Positions 20,381 through 30,992 of a stretch of 64,000 bases of DNA are shown here, one piece after another. Position 1 is the stretch's first letter. Each line of letters starts with the position of its first letter. Below the pieces are notes generated by a model. It searched no databases. It had not been told where the DNA came from and saw nothing but the letters and a program-made list of their open reading frames with translations. Position numbers and translations under genes: made by a program. The stretch is from sequence record MK250017.1; one strand, given 5' to 3'.

Positions 20381-21766
20381 TTAATTTTGTTTAATTTTAT
20401 TAATCTCATTATTAATGTTTAACAAGAATTTCTTAAATTCATTGATATTCCATCCTGTATATGAATTAAACTCTTCATATTTAATATCTAACGATAATAA
20501 TTCTCGTTTAATATAATATTCTATATTAGTATTATCTACAATTTCTTTTATATCGTATAAGTCATTAACAACTTTATTTTTTATAAGAATTTTCATTGGT
20601 GGAAATCCGTCTCCTTTGTTAACATTATCTTCTGAAACTTCTGAACATATATCATATAATAATTCAAATTCACTGTATGTTAATACATCTATTGTTAATA
20701 AATCTTCATTTTGATATGTATCTGGATCCTATCCTTCTAATGTGATAATATCTTCTAAATCCATAAAATAATCATCATCTGTTAAATGATTAATTGCATC
20801 AATATCGATGTTTACTCTATATATTTTAGGATAATAATGGTTATCCCCACCATCACCATATTCAAATTCACCTACATCAAACTGTTCTGTACTTCTATCA
20901 AATCCAAGTTTTAAGAAATCCCATTCATCCAATACTCTTGCAGATTTATGTTCTTTCTATGTTTTTGTACCTGTATCATACAGATCAAAATAACCGTTTT
21001 TAAATGAACGTAAATCAATTAATGATAAATCCTAATTAAATGATGTACAACCATATAGTAAATAACTTATATCCATATTTTTTGTTATATTCCATTTCTA
21101 TATAGGCTAATTGAATTTTCTACAATTATAAAACATATATGATAAATTTTCAGCACTAGATATATCCCAATTACTTATATCCTAATTAAATGATGAACAC
21201 CCATAAAACATAGAATCAAATCTTGTAACTTTACTTACATTCCAATTACTAATATTGCTGTTGAACGTTGAACATTCATAAAACATATTTACCATTGATG
21301 TTACTTTAGATGTATCCCATTTACTTAAATCACAAATATCTTTACATCCGTTAAATGTACCAACCATGGATGTTACATGTGATGTATCCCAATCTGAAAC
21401 ATTCCAAAATATATACTGCCTGTTAAATGTACCAACATTAAATAATTGGTCTAACATGGTAACATTAGAAATATCAAGCCAATTTAAATTAAAAGCATCT
21501 ACCTTATCTTTATATAATTGTTTTTTTATATCTGCTATTATATGAACCAATTCACTAAAATCTTTTACTTTATATTTAAATGCATCCTAACATACTAATT
21601 CTAAATCATCATCAGATACAACCATGCCTTTTAATAATTGTTCATGTATTTTTTTAGCATCATCTTCTAATAAATCATTAGTCATACCTATGTTATCATC
21701 ATTAAATAATTCATCATCGTCATCATCAAATAACGATTCTAATAATTTATTTATTTCTTTAATCAT
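20381..21766 (-). CDS. BspA/DUF285 repeat protein (TAG=Gln)
   Basis: Three track ORFs join in frame; repeats WDTSxVTSMxxMF and FNQDISNW, with Q encoded by TAG. Confidence 0.85.
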
Positions 21767-21793
21767 AAAAATAATATGTGTGTTTTTTAATAA

Positions 21794-22120
21794 TTACCAA
21801 TGATAACCTAATTCTGCACCCATTGCAGCTAATACAAGTCTCGATGTTAGTAAATTTCCTAATGTACCTTTTTCATCTATACCTAAACATTTACATATAG
21901 CTTTCATAATACTCTACCCAATTGTTGATGAAACTGCACTTCCCAATAATGCAGTAAATAAACCTTCATCTACTATATCATCTAAAGGAACACCTTCTTT
22001 TTTTGCAATTTCATTTGCTTCAACAATATAATCATATACTTTTTTACTATCCATTATTTGCTTAGGTGTATAATTACTTAAATCAATACCTTCAAATAAA
22101 TTATTATATTTTTCACTCAT
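21794..22120 (-). CDS. Small putative virion protein (TAG=Gln)
   Basis: 108 aa, NLFEG start, hydrophobic Gly-rich C-terminus; AATAAATA at 22154. Confidence 0.7.
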
Positions 22121-22256
22121 AATAGTTATTATTTTAGTTAGCTTATTTTAAGATATTTATTTTTAATAATAAATAAGTTAAATAAATAATAAAAAGATAA
22201 TTCAACTATATGAATTGTTTTTATAAAAGTAAAAAATAATTTTCGAAAATTATAAT

Positions 22257-23507
22257 ATGAAAAAAACAACAAAAACTGTAAATAGTATGAGAAGTCAGAA
22301 AGCACTTTATAATGCTATTATGGAATCAGTAACTCCTCAGATTGCTAGATTAGTAAAAGAAGCAGAGGAAGCAGATGATGAAGACAAAGCATCTGATGAT
22401 GTAAAGGATGCAGAGAAAAATGAATCAAACGATGTTGATGAAGCAGCACTTAATGAACTTTTTGGTTTTGGTTCATCTGTACAGAAACCAGAGAAAGCAT
22501 TATCTCTTGAAAATTCTGATGATGAAAATGCAGATTTATTTATTGCATGGTGTGCATACTATATGTCTAAATGTAGTAATGACGCAAAGAAAGGAATGGA
22601 TGCATTTTTTAAAGCTTCTGGTGATGTTATTAAGAAAGCACCTATGATGATTGTAAAAGGTATTCTTAAGTTAATGTCAGGTGCAATTAAAGGTTCTGTA
22701 TTTGGTGTAAGTACAGTTGCAGCTGTTGTTCTTGGTAGTATCTCTATGTTGGTACGTTTAACAGTTTCAGGTGTAGAGAAAGCAAAGGAAGCACTTTCGC
22801 AATTATATAAGACTATTAGTCAGGGTATTACTACATTCTATAAGAATTTTACTGGTGGTGCAGAAAAAATGGCAAATGATTCATCAGATAAATTAACTGT
22901 ATGGGTTGGTGTTATTTCTGGTGCACTTATGGCATGTGCAAATAAGGTTCAAGGTGCAGTTGAAACATTAGGTAATTTCTTTAAACAAGTTCTTGCAGAT
23001 GCAAAGGCAAAGAAAGATGGAGCTGTTCTTCTTGTAAAGACATGGTTACAGGCAAAATCAGACGCAGTTAAATCATGGATTACTGAAACAGGTGGTGAGA
23101 TTCGTAAGACTGTTATTGAAGCATGGAATGCAATGGATAAGAAAGTTCGTAATGCATATGATAAAGTTGCAAAGAAACTTGAAGACTGGATGAATGATAT
23201 TAAGGAATTAGTTCAGGAAATAGGTACAAAAATTTCTGATGCTGCTGATAAAGCAAAGGATGTTGTTATTGATAAGAAAGATAAGGCCCTTGTATGGGGT
23301 ATTCAGAAAGGTGTTAAGGGACTTTCAAAGAATTATACAGAAGATCAGGTTGTAGCACTTGTTCGTAAATGTTATAATGAGTCTGTTGTACCTAATACAA
23401 GAACTGGTAATATTGTTATCAATGAAGCATATTTACATGCAAAAGGTACTAGAGCACGTGTACTTTATGAAAGAAAACAAGCACGTCGTGGAAAACTTTT
23501 AAAATGA
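22257..23507 (+). CDS. Helical amphipathic putative virion protein
   Basis: ALYNAIMES motif, hydrophobic central helices, apolipoprotein-like periodicity; AATAAATA at 22181. Confidence 0.7.
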   Translation: MKKTTKTVNSMRSQKALYNAIMESVTPQIARLVKEAEEADDEDKASDDVKDAEKNESNDVDEAALNELFGFGSSVQKPEKALSLENSDDENADLFIAWCAYYMSKCSNDAKKGMDAFFKASGDVIKKAPMMIVKGILKLMSGAIKGSVFGVSTVAAVVLGSISMLVRLTVSGVEKAKEALSQLYKTISQGITTFYKNFTGGAEKMANDSSDKLTVWVGVISGALMACANKVQGAVETLGNFFKQVLADAKAKKDGAVLLVKTWLQAKSDAVKSWITETGGEIRKTVIEAWNAMDKKVRNAYDKVAKKLEDWMNDIKELVQEIGTKISDAADKAKDVVIDKKDKALVWGIQKGVKGLSKNYTEDQVVALVRKCYNESVVPNTRTGNIVINEAYLHAKGTRARVLYERKQARRGKLLK

Positions 23508-23568
23508 TTTTAATTAATATATAATGAAAAAGAGATAAATCTATCAAATAGATTTATCTCTTTATTTT

Positions 23569-23796
23569 TTATAATGTAAATGTAGAATATTGTTGTATTG
23601 TGTCTACAGTTTGTTGTGCAACCGGAATTTTATATTTAATTAATAATTCAATTAATTGTCTTTGTGACAATTCAATTTTATCAGATTTAACATAAACATA
23701 TTCTGTACGAACACCTGTTTTACTTAAATCAATAGGTTTGCACTTTTTATCTTCCGTATCAATGCTTTTAATTTTACTGAAATCAATCGAAAACAT
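23569..23796 (-). CDS. Hypothetical protein
   Basis: 75-aa ORF. Confidence 0.6.
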   Translation of the reverse strand: MFSIDFSKIKSIDTEDKKCKPIDLSKTGVRTEYVYVKSDKIELSQRQLIELLIKYKIPVAQQTVDTIQQYSTFTL

Positions 23797-23825
23797 ATAT
23801 AAACTAATTATTTTTAATTATTTAT

Positions 23826-24101
23826 TTATGCAGATTCTCTCATTTGTCTTTCTTTATTCCAACGCTCAAATTCTCTATTTAATTTTTTAACAGACGCTGG
23901 TGATTTACCAAATTTTAAGTCTCTAATAAATAATGGTAATTTCTTTTCGGCATCTTCTTTTATCTGTTTTTTATGAAGTCTATTTTCTCTTAGAATTCCT
24001 GCATGAATTAAACCATTATAATGCTTTTTACTTCGTACAATAGATTCATCAATAACTTTCTTTTTATTAGAAATTACTTTTCGATTAAAAACTTTTCTCA
24101 T
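23826..24101 (-). CDS. Small basic protein
   Basis: K/R-rich 91 aa. Confidence 0.6.
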   Translation of the reverse strand: MRKVFNRKVISNKKKVIDESIVRSKKHYNGLIHAGILRENRLHKKQIKEDAEKKLPLFIRDLKFGKSPASVKKLNREFERWNKERQMRESA

Positions 24102-24104
24102 ATT

Positions 24105-24329
24105 TTAATAAGGATCAATTTTTATATATTTAGATAACATTTTATTTAAATCTAAATATGGTTCTATATCAATATAATTAATTTTATTTTTAAAATTATT
24201 TTGTAATTTTTGTTTTAGTTTTTCTTTCTCTTTTTCTGATATATAATTGTTATATGAGTCATTAAGTATTTTATAAATAAGGTCTATTAACTTATTAAGG
24301 TTATTATTCTTTTCTCTGAATTTAATCAT
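24105..24329 (-). CDS. Small hypothetical protein (MIKF family-like start)
   Basis: MIKFREK start. Confidence 0.55.
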   Translation of the reverse strand: MIKFREKNNNLNKLIDLIYKILNDSYNNYISEKEKEKLKQKLQNNFKNKINYIDIEPYLDLNKMLSKYIKIDPY

Positions 24330-24331
24330 AA

Positions 24332-24901
24332 TTATTTAAAAACTTTAAATAAACCCATAAATTTCTTTTGCTTCATCTCTTCAATTTCTTGTTTAAGATC
24401 TGTATTTTCATTTTCAAGTTCTTTATTCTTCTTCTTAATGTCGATATAAAGATTTTCAATTTGTTCAAGATCTTGCTTATAATAATTGAATGCATTTTGA
24501 TGTTCTTCTTTATTACAATGATTTATACATTTAACAAACATTTCAATAAGGAGAATAGATGATTCTTTTTGCAAATCTACTAACATTGCATTTTTTCTAT
24601 CAATGTCATTATCGAAATCGAGACCTTCATATTCTTGTGTTTTCTTTGCAAGAATTGCAGTTGATCTTATTTGATATTCATTAAATAAATCTTGAATAAA
24701 TTTTCTGATACTATTAATTATATCTATTTCTTCTTTTGTTTTACCTTCAAGATCTTTTGCATCCCAATTAATTTGAGAACATACATTTTCAGGATTTGTG
24801 CCAGCTTCTTTAATTGCATCAAGTTCTTCCTGTATATTACTTAATTCATTTTGAAATAATGATTTAATAATTTTATCTCGCTTTGTACTTAAATTTTCCA
24901 T
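24332..24901 (-). CDS. Coiled-coil hypothetical protein
   Basis: Heptad-rich C-terminus. Confidence 0.7.
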   Translation of the reverse strand: MENLSTKRDKIIKSLFQNELSNIQEELDAIKEAGTNPENVCSQINWDAKDLEGKTKEEIDIINSIRKFIQDLFNEYQIRSTAILAKKTQEYEGLDFDNDIDRKNAMLVDLQKESSILLIEMFVKCINHCNKEEHQNAFNYYKQDLEQIENLYIDIKKKNKELENENTDLKQEIEEMKQKKFMGLFKVFK

Positions 24902-24960
24902 CTTATAATTATTTACTATTATATAAATTATATAATTATTTTCTTAATATGTTTATTTTT

Positions 24961-25356
24961 TTATTCTGTTAATTCATAATATGTCAATACTTTACAATAT
25001 CCACAATCCCATGAATCATAATAAAATCCATTTATACATGCTACTACATGTCCTCTTAAATTTAATAAAAAATGACCATTATTATGTTGTTTAACAAATT
25101 CACTTACTGTTAAACGATGTTGTCCTTTATGCAGTTTTCCAAATGAACGTTTAATATAACCATGATTCTTTAACCAAAGTTCTATAATTTTCCATTCATT
25201 TGGCATTCGTTTCTTCTTTCTACCTAAATCACAAAGTTCATCATAACATGTTATCCAATCTCTATCAGTCAATTTCATCATTGCACGTATTGCACAATCA
25301 TCTGCATTCTTCTTTTGTGATTCAAATTTTATATAACGGTCATTCATAATAAACAA
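24961..25356 (-). CDS. Conserved phage protein, possible papain/C39-like fold
   Basis: DDCAIRA..GHVVACING.YYDSWD. Confidence 0.55.
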   Translation of the reverse strand: MFIMNDRYIKFESQKKNADDCAIRAMMKLTDRDWITCYDELCDLGRKKKRMPNEWKIIELWLKNHGYIKRSFGKLHKGQHRLTVSEFVKQHNNGHFLLNLRGHVVACINGFYYDSWDCGYCKVLTYYELTE

Positions 25357-25435
25357 TATAAATTTATATAATAATATATTAAACTATTTCTTAAAACGAT
25401 AAAATCTGGAAACACACCATTCCCAGATTTTACTA

Positions 25436-26389
25436 TTACATATCATATTCATGTTTTTTATCTAATTCAGAATCGATTACTTTATAAAAGTCATATATAT
25501 ATTGATTAAAATAATCATTAAAGAAATTATATATTTTCTTTGCAATTATCTTATCATTTCTTGTTAATTTATAATCGAACCTTTTTATCTTTTCAATATA
25601 ATCTTTATCAATTCCAAAATCTCTTACATTCAATTTTGTTAAGAAATAACCTAAATAAAATACAGGTCTTATCTCGTTAGGATCTTCATCCATAAAATGA
25701 AATAAAAAGAAATAAAATAAATTATAATAATTAGAATCAATAAAATTATTAATTAATGTACATACACGTTTAAATCCATGATTACCGTAACATATTAAAT
25801 CAATCTGCTGTTGTGTTAAAGCATTTACTTTATTTTGTATACATTCAATTCTATTCAATTTTTCTGATGGAGATAATAATGATAACATTCTTGTAGCAAA
25901 TAAAAAATCTACAGATGATATATCAATATCATTTTTCAAATAATGTACAAGTGTTATATTATCTTTTATATATACTCTATGTGTTAAACAGAATTCTAAA
26001 TAAAATAATTGAGTTCTTAGATAATGTTTATATTTGTTAATATCTGTAGATACATAATGTACATTTATAAAAATATACATACCATCATCATTTAATTTAA
26101 TATCTACATATTGATAATCATTTTCATCATAATAATGAACATATATAGGAACAGTATCACCATTTTGTGTCATACAACCATATATGGCATACATACTTTC
26201 TGAATTCAATTCATATTTAATTGATAACTCAAATTCATGTTCAAAATTTTCTTCTATTGCAATATCAATAGCTTCATCTGCAATTTTTGTATGAATTAAA
26301 GAGCATTTTGAATAAAATTCTTTTAATGAATTATATCTATATGTAGGAATTATTTCTCGTATTTTATTTACAATACATTTATTAAACAT
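25436..26389 (-). CDS. Degenerate paralog of the zincin-like protein 18585..19607
   Basis: LLSPSEKLNRI vs LMSPTEIQARV; HExxH not intact; AATAAATA at 26414. Confidence 0.6.
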   Translation of the reverse strand: MFNKCIVNKIREIIPTYRYNSLKEFYSKCSLIHTKIADEAIDIAIEENFEHEFELSIKYELNSESMYAIYGCMTQNGDTVPIYVHYYDENDYQYVDIKLNDDGMYIFINVHYVSTDINKYKHYLRTQLFYLEFCLTHRVYIKDNITLVHYLKNDIDISSVDFLFATRMLSLLSPSEKLNRIECIQNKVNALTQQQIDLICYGNHGFKRVCTLINNFIDSNYYNLFYFFLFHFMDEDPNEIRPVFYLGYFLTKLNVRDFGIDKDYIEKIKRFDYKLTRNDKIIAKKIYNFFNDYFNQYIYDFYKVIDSELDKKHEYDM

Positions 26390-26425
26390 TGTATTAACTA
26401 ATGTTATTTAATATATTTATTAAAT

Positions 26426-26644
26426 TTACTTATATCTATATGAAATACGTCCCTTTGTTAAATCATATGGAGACATCTCTACCTTTACCTTATCTCCTGT
26501 AATAAGTTTAATATAATTCATTCTAAGTTTACCAGCAAGTACACAACTAATTTCAAATCCGTTTTCTAACTCTACTTTGAACCTTGTACTTGGAAGACAT
26601 TCTGTAATAATGCCATTCATTTCTAACGCTTTTTCTTTTGCCAT
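26426..26644 (-). CDS. infA: Translation initiation factor IF-1
   Basis: [43 protein letters not shown]. Confidence 0.95.
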   Translation of the reverse strand: MAKEKALEMNGIITECLPSTRFKVELENGFEISCVLAGKLRMNYIKLITGDKVKVEMSPYDLTKGRISYRYK

Positions 26645-26665
26645 GTTAAATTATCAATTTTATTA

Positions 26666-26857
26666 TTAATATGAGAAATAAACATTATGAGTTTTATACT
26701 CATCATTCTCATCAAATACAGATATATTTATCTTATTTCCTTTAATACGTTTAATAAACAACTTTATAATATCTTTAAACGTTAATTCTATACCTTCAAT
26801 ATAAGGACCTTTTTCTGAAATCCTTTTTTCTACAATAAGTTTGTTTTGTAAATCCAT
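26666..26857 (-). CDS. Hypothetical protein
   Basis: 63-aa ORF. Confidence 0.55.
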   Translation of the reverse strand: MDLQNKLIVEKRISEKGPYIEGIELTFKDIIKLFIKRIKGNKINISVFDENDEYKTHNVYFSY

Positions 26858-26874
26858 AATAATTATAAATAGTT

Positions 26875-27093
26875 TTATGAAGAAATTTTACGTAATTTAT
26901 TAATTTGACAATTAGTATTTTTTTGAATATCTGTTAGCCGTTCTTGTCCATATATATTTAAACCATGTTTATGAATATTAAAACATATATATAAATTTAA
27001 AATATTATTATTAAGCGTTTCTATATTTTGTTCTAATATATCTAATCTTTCTTGAACATGTTTTACCTTCGTTTTTTTCTTAAATTTAATCAT
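26875..27093 (-). CDS. MIKF-family small coiled-coil/HxH protein, copy 4
   Basis: MIKFKKK..NIHKH. Confidence 0.7.
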   Translation of the reverse strand: MIKFKKKTKVKHVQERLDILEQNIETLNNNILNLYICFNIHKHGLNIYGQERLTDIQKNTNCQINKLRKISS

Positions 27094-27095
27094 AA

Positions 27096-27293
27096 TTAGA
27101 GCATTGGACTTCCTGTCACATATTTTGTATAAATTCTATGTTTATGCTTATTAAATTTATTACGTAAATATTCATAATTTTTAATTATATCTTCTTGTGT
27201 ATCAGTTAAGTTCTTTAATGAATCTAATATATTATCCATAGAATTTTCTATAACAGATATACGATCTTTTTTCTTTTCTTTAAATTTAATCAT
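27096..27293 (-). CDS. MIKF-family small protein, copy 3
   Basis: MIKFKEKKK..NKHKH. Confidence 0.7.
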   Translation of the reverse strand: MIKFKEKKKDRISVIENSMDNILDSLKNLTDTQEDIIKNYEYLRNKFNKHKHRIYTKYVTGSPML

Positions 27294-27507
27294 ATGATAT
27301 TAATTTATGAAAACTAATGTGTTGTTGCATTGCTTTTTCTGATATATGACTTTTTGTATAATGATTATGATTCAAACAAAATTGTCTTAATGAATCCGTA
27401 TTATGATCTAATGCTTTAATGTTAGAATCATATGAATTAATTAAACTAATGAATTTGTTATATTCATCTATTGTTAATTCTTTTTTCTTTTCCTTAAATC
27501 TAATCAT
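27286..27507 (-). CDS. MIKF-family small protein, copy 2 (start corrected to 27507)
   Basis: MIRFKEKKK..NHNH; ATG follows the upstream TAA. Confidence 0.7.
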   Translation of the reverse strand: MIRFKEKKKELTIDEYNKFISLINSYDSNIKALDHNTDSLRQFCLNHNHYTKSHISEKAMQQHISFHKLISYD

Positions 27508-27508
27508 A

Positions 27509-27742
27509 TTACATTTTATATTCAACCTTTTCATCTGTTCTATGTGAACATGTTTCAATCATACCACACTCAACAATATGTGAATGCCTGTTATATGCTG
27601 TTTTAAACCTTGTAAGATCTAAATATATCTTTTTAATTTTATCTTTTATTTGTTTTTGATCATTCATGATATTATCTAAAAACTCATAAATATCAGATAA
27701 TTCATCTCTAATAGGTTTATCTTTCTTTTTAAATTTAATCAT
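27509..27742 (-). CDS. MIKF-family small protein, copy 1
   Basis: MIKFKKKDK..NRHSH. Confidence 0.7.
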   Translation of the reverse strand: MIKFKKKDKPIRDELSDIYEFLDNIMNDQKQIKDKIKKIYLDLTRFKTAYNRHSHIVECGMIETCSHRTDEKVEYKM

Positions 27743-27773
27743 TATTAAAATTAAATTATAATTATAATTAAAA

Positions 27774-28274
27774 TTATCGAGTAATAGAAATATTCAAATC
27801 ATCAAATACATTCTGATCTGCAAGAAGAATCCATCTATATTTTCCGTCAGCTAAACCACATTTTCCAACAATACAATTATCAGATGCATAGATATAGTAA
27901 TATTGCTCTCCTATACCTCTTGTTCCATATGATTTAATCCATTTTGACTCATCTATAAATTTATCAATATCAAAGATTTTTGTAACATTCTTATTATAAT
28001 TACCAAATATACAATACCAATTATAATCGTCATATTTCTCATCTATGACTTTTAATTTCATTTCCTTAATAACATCTAGTATTTTACTAAAAAGTGTCTT
28101 AGAAATGAAATCTGATGCCTTATATCGAGGATATTTATTAACAAGACTATTATCATTCATTGACGTAACAAATACTTTCCAGTTAACTGGATTAAAACAA
28201 CTCTTTGCTTGCTCCTCTCTTTTATTTGTTGTCTCAAATAATATATTCATCGTATCTCTTATCTCTTTATTCAT
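27774..28274 (-). CDS. Hypothetical protein
   Basis: 166-aa ORF. Confidence 0.7.
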   Translation of the reverse strand: MNKEIRDTMNILFETTNKREEQAKSCFNPVNWKVFVTSMNDNSLVNKYPRYKASDFISKTLFSKILDVIKEMKLKVIDEKYDDYNWYCIFGNYNKNVTKIFDIDKFIDESKWIKSYGTRGIGEQYYYIYASDNCIVGKCGLADGKYRWILLADQNVFDDLNISITR

Positions 28275-28305
28275 CTATATAATTATAGTAATATTTAAAT
28301 TAATT

Positions 28306-28334
28306 ATTATAATAATTAAAAATAAAAAAGTCTA
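28306..28334 (-). promoter_or_regulatory. Sigma-70-type promoter TAGACT-N17-TATAAT (overlaps a terminator stem)
   Basis: -35 at 28329-28334, -10 at 28306-28311. Confidence 0.6.
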
Positions 28335-28364
28335 TAACCATATAAAGTTATAGACTTAAATTTA

Positions 28365-29378
28365 TTATGCTTGTTTTTTATTTAATGCATAAAAATAATT
28401 CTTTAATTCAGAAAATGAAAAGAATTCTAAATAATTTAAACCATGTTTTTCTGCTATTTCTCTTTTCATAATATCTCTAGTTGTCCAAACATTAATAGCT
28501 GAAATATAATAATCTTTTTCTTTCGATCTCTTTTTCCATAAATTTAATTTCTTAATGTCGTCGGGATTATTTTTATCAAAACCATGTTTACCATGTGTCC
28601 AATGAAAATTACATTCAATATATAAATCATTATCTGCAATATAAAAATCACAAGCAAAAGGATATTCTTCTGATTTATATTGTCTTTTAATATCAGTATA
28701 TATTGTTTTTAAAAGTTCATATACTTTATCTTCTTCCTTTGAACATGTATGTGTTTTATGTTTCGTTTTAGATTCATGTATTTTGTCTATTGTTGATTGT
28801 AATTGTGTAGTNNNNNNNNNNNNNNNNNNNNNNNNNNNNNNNNCTTTTCTTTTTTCTTTTATAACTTCACATTTACCAACATTATCAACACCATACTTTT
28901 CTAGTACAGTTTCTTTACGTTTTTCCTTTACATAGTCACTAGCTAATGCCATTTCAGTACCATAACGTTCTAAATTCGTGGCTTTAATTTTATCCCATAC
29001 TTTCTATGATTTTGCAGGATTATCTACACCATAACGTTCAATATTTGTTTTCTTTATCTTTTCTTTAACACTTTCTAATTGAAATGGATTTGCAACTCCA
29101 TATTTTTTAATCATAGATTGCTTTTTCAGACCATATATACATTTAGAATTACCACAACTTTTGTGATATTTATAACCGTCACGTTTACATGGTTTTCCAC
29201 AAATATGACATCTTGGTACATCATTAGTATCATTTAATATACATAACAGTTTATCGATAATATCCATATCAGATTTATCGATAAACTGTGTATTTAAATA
29301 TTCAATAATATTAACAGGTATCTTATTTTTATTTAATGAATGCTCCTTATAATACTATTTTATATATTCATTATTCAT
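28365..29378 (-). CDS. Putative free-standing homing endonuclease (Zn ribbon, KYGV repeats, Vsr/PD-(D/E)XK-like C-terminus; TAG=Gln)
   Basis: Two track ORFs join through TAG; CHICG..CGNSKC, RYGVDNP repeats, CDFYI..IECNFHWTHG; contains an N gap. Confidence 0.7.
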
Positions 29379-29386
29379 AATGTTAT

Positions 29387-30934
29387 TTATGCACTTTGTT
29401 TTCTATGTTCAAGAATATGCTTTAATTCTTCATATTCTGTATTAGCTATTTTCTTATCCATTTTTGCTGCTTTTCGCAATGCAAAATAATGTGTAAGAAT
29501 AGCAGGAACCACAGCATTTGGATCTTTTTTATAAACAGCACCCGAACATGTTTTAATTTCATCAGATTTTGGTATATAATTCTCATCTTTAAATAAAAAT
29601 GATTCTGGAGAAATCTGGAACTGCCTCATGATACTCGGATATAGGGAAGCGAAATCCAGTCCACCTATGTATTTGAAGATACCGGGTCTAGTAGGCCATA
29701 CAAAAGCGCCCTGATAATCTCCATCTGAATTGTCTGTTTTTTTATAAGATTTCTCTGGTATTACTTTATAATTTGGATACACAAAGTTACACATTACGAC
29801 ATGTGTAGGTTGAATTGTTGAGAATGCAACATTTAATTCAAGTCTGAGTTCACATGCGAGCATATACCAGATTTCAGCAGTTTTTAGGAATTTATCGATA
29901 TGTTCTACCAATATTGTATCGATGCAATTATAAAATACATATTCTTTGAAATGTTCTTCATAGAATTCTTTGAATCCCCAAGGGTGATTAACTTTTTTGA
30001 TGCCTAATGCTTTTTCTGCAACGAAGTCAAGTGTATTATTTTCTTTAGGTTGAATTGTCATATCCCATGTTTTATATACGAGTAAGTAGTCATATATAAT
30101 TTTGTGCATTGGGACTTTAACATTAATTGTTTTACCTCCAGCGCGTGGTGTAATTTTAAAGTTTGTAAATGTTCTGGTAGGAGATATTCTTTCAATATCA
30201 ATATTATTGATTTTGCATCTATTATAGATATATAACCAGTCGAATCCAAGGAAATTCCAACCAGACATTGCAGTAATTGGTGTGATGAAGTCTATGAAGT
30301 CTTCAAGCATTTCTCTTTCAGTAGGGAAATATCTGAATTCGAATTTATATCCTTTAGTTATATGGGTACCATTATTTTTTTCTGAATATTGTTCTATTTG
30401 TTCTTGAACCCAAATTTTTTCTTCTTCTGTTAGATTTTTCCTGGACCAAATAATTGTTTGTGGAAATTTGGTCATTGATATTGTATTGATTCTTGTAGAT
30501 GCTTCTTCTGGATCAGGAAAACCATCTTCAGAAACTTCTGTTTCAATATCGCACCACCATGTTGGCGGAATATTCATTTCAAATAATGGGTCAACTGCTT
30601 TTCCGAATGAATTTAGAATTTCATTTATACGAAGTTCTGGAAGTTTATCTACAGGATTTCTTCTAACCCATTTATTATCATATGATTTCCATTGATGCAT
30701 AACAGGAGTTCCATCGGGATTGAACTTATATTGTTTTGTTGCAAAATCATATTCTTGAAATGGTTTATCTGCATTTGCTTTATTTGTATATTTCCATTCG
30801 AACATTGATTCTTTAGGAACAGGATATTGTAAAAATTTAACATCTCCTTTTTTATCTACATATGAAACAAGTAATTTCTTTGTAGGTGTCCCATCTGGTA
30901 ATATAAAATCTATCTATTCTTTATTAATAATCAT
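29387..30934 (-). CDS. Family B DNA polymerase, N-terminal subunit (exonuclease + motif A; gp43A-like); single TAG at codon 7
   Basis: DIETE ExoI, GWNFLGFD, DFASLYPSIM; ends in the fingers helix without motifs B/C. Confidence 0.9.
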
Positions 30935-30963
30935 ACTTATATTAATGATATATTTTGCTAATA

Positions 30964-30992
30964 ATTATAGTAAGTTAATCAGTATAAGTTTA
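30964..30992 (-). promoter_or_regulatory. Sigma-70-type promoter TAAACT-N17-TATAAT
   Basis: -35 at 30987-30992, -10 at 30964-30969; upstream of the polymerase. Confidence 0.5.
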
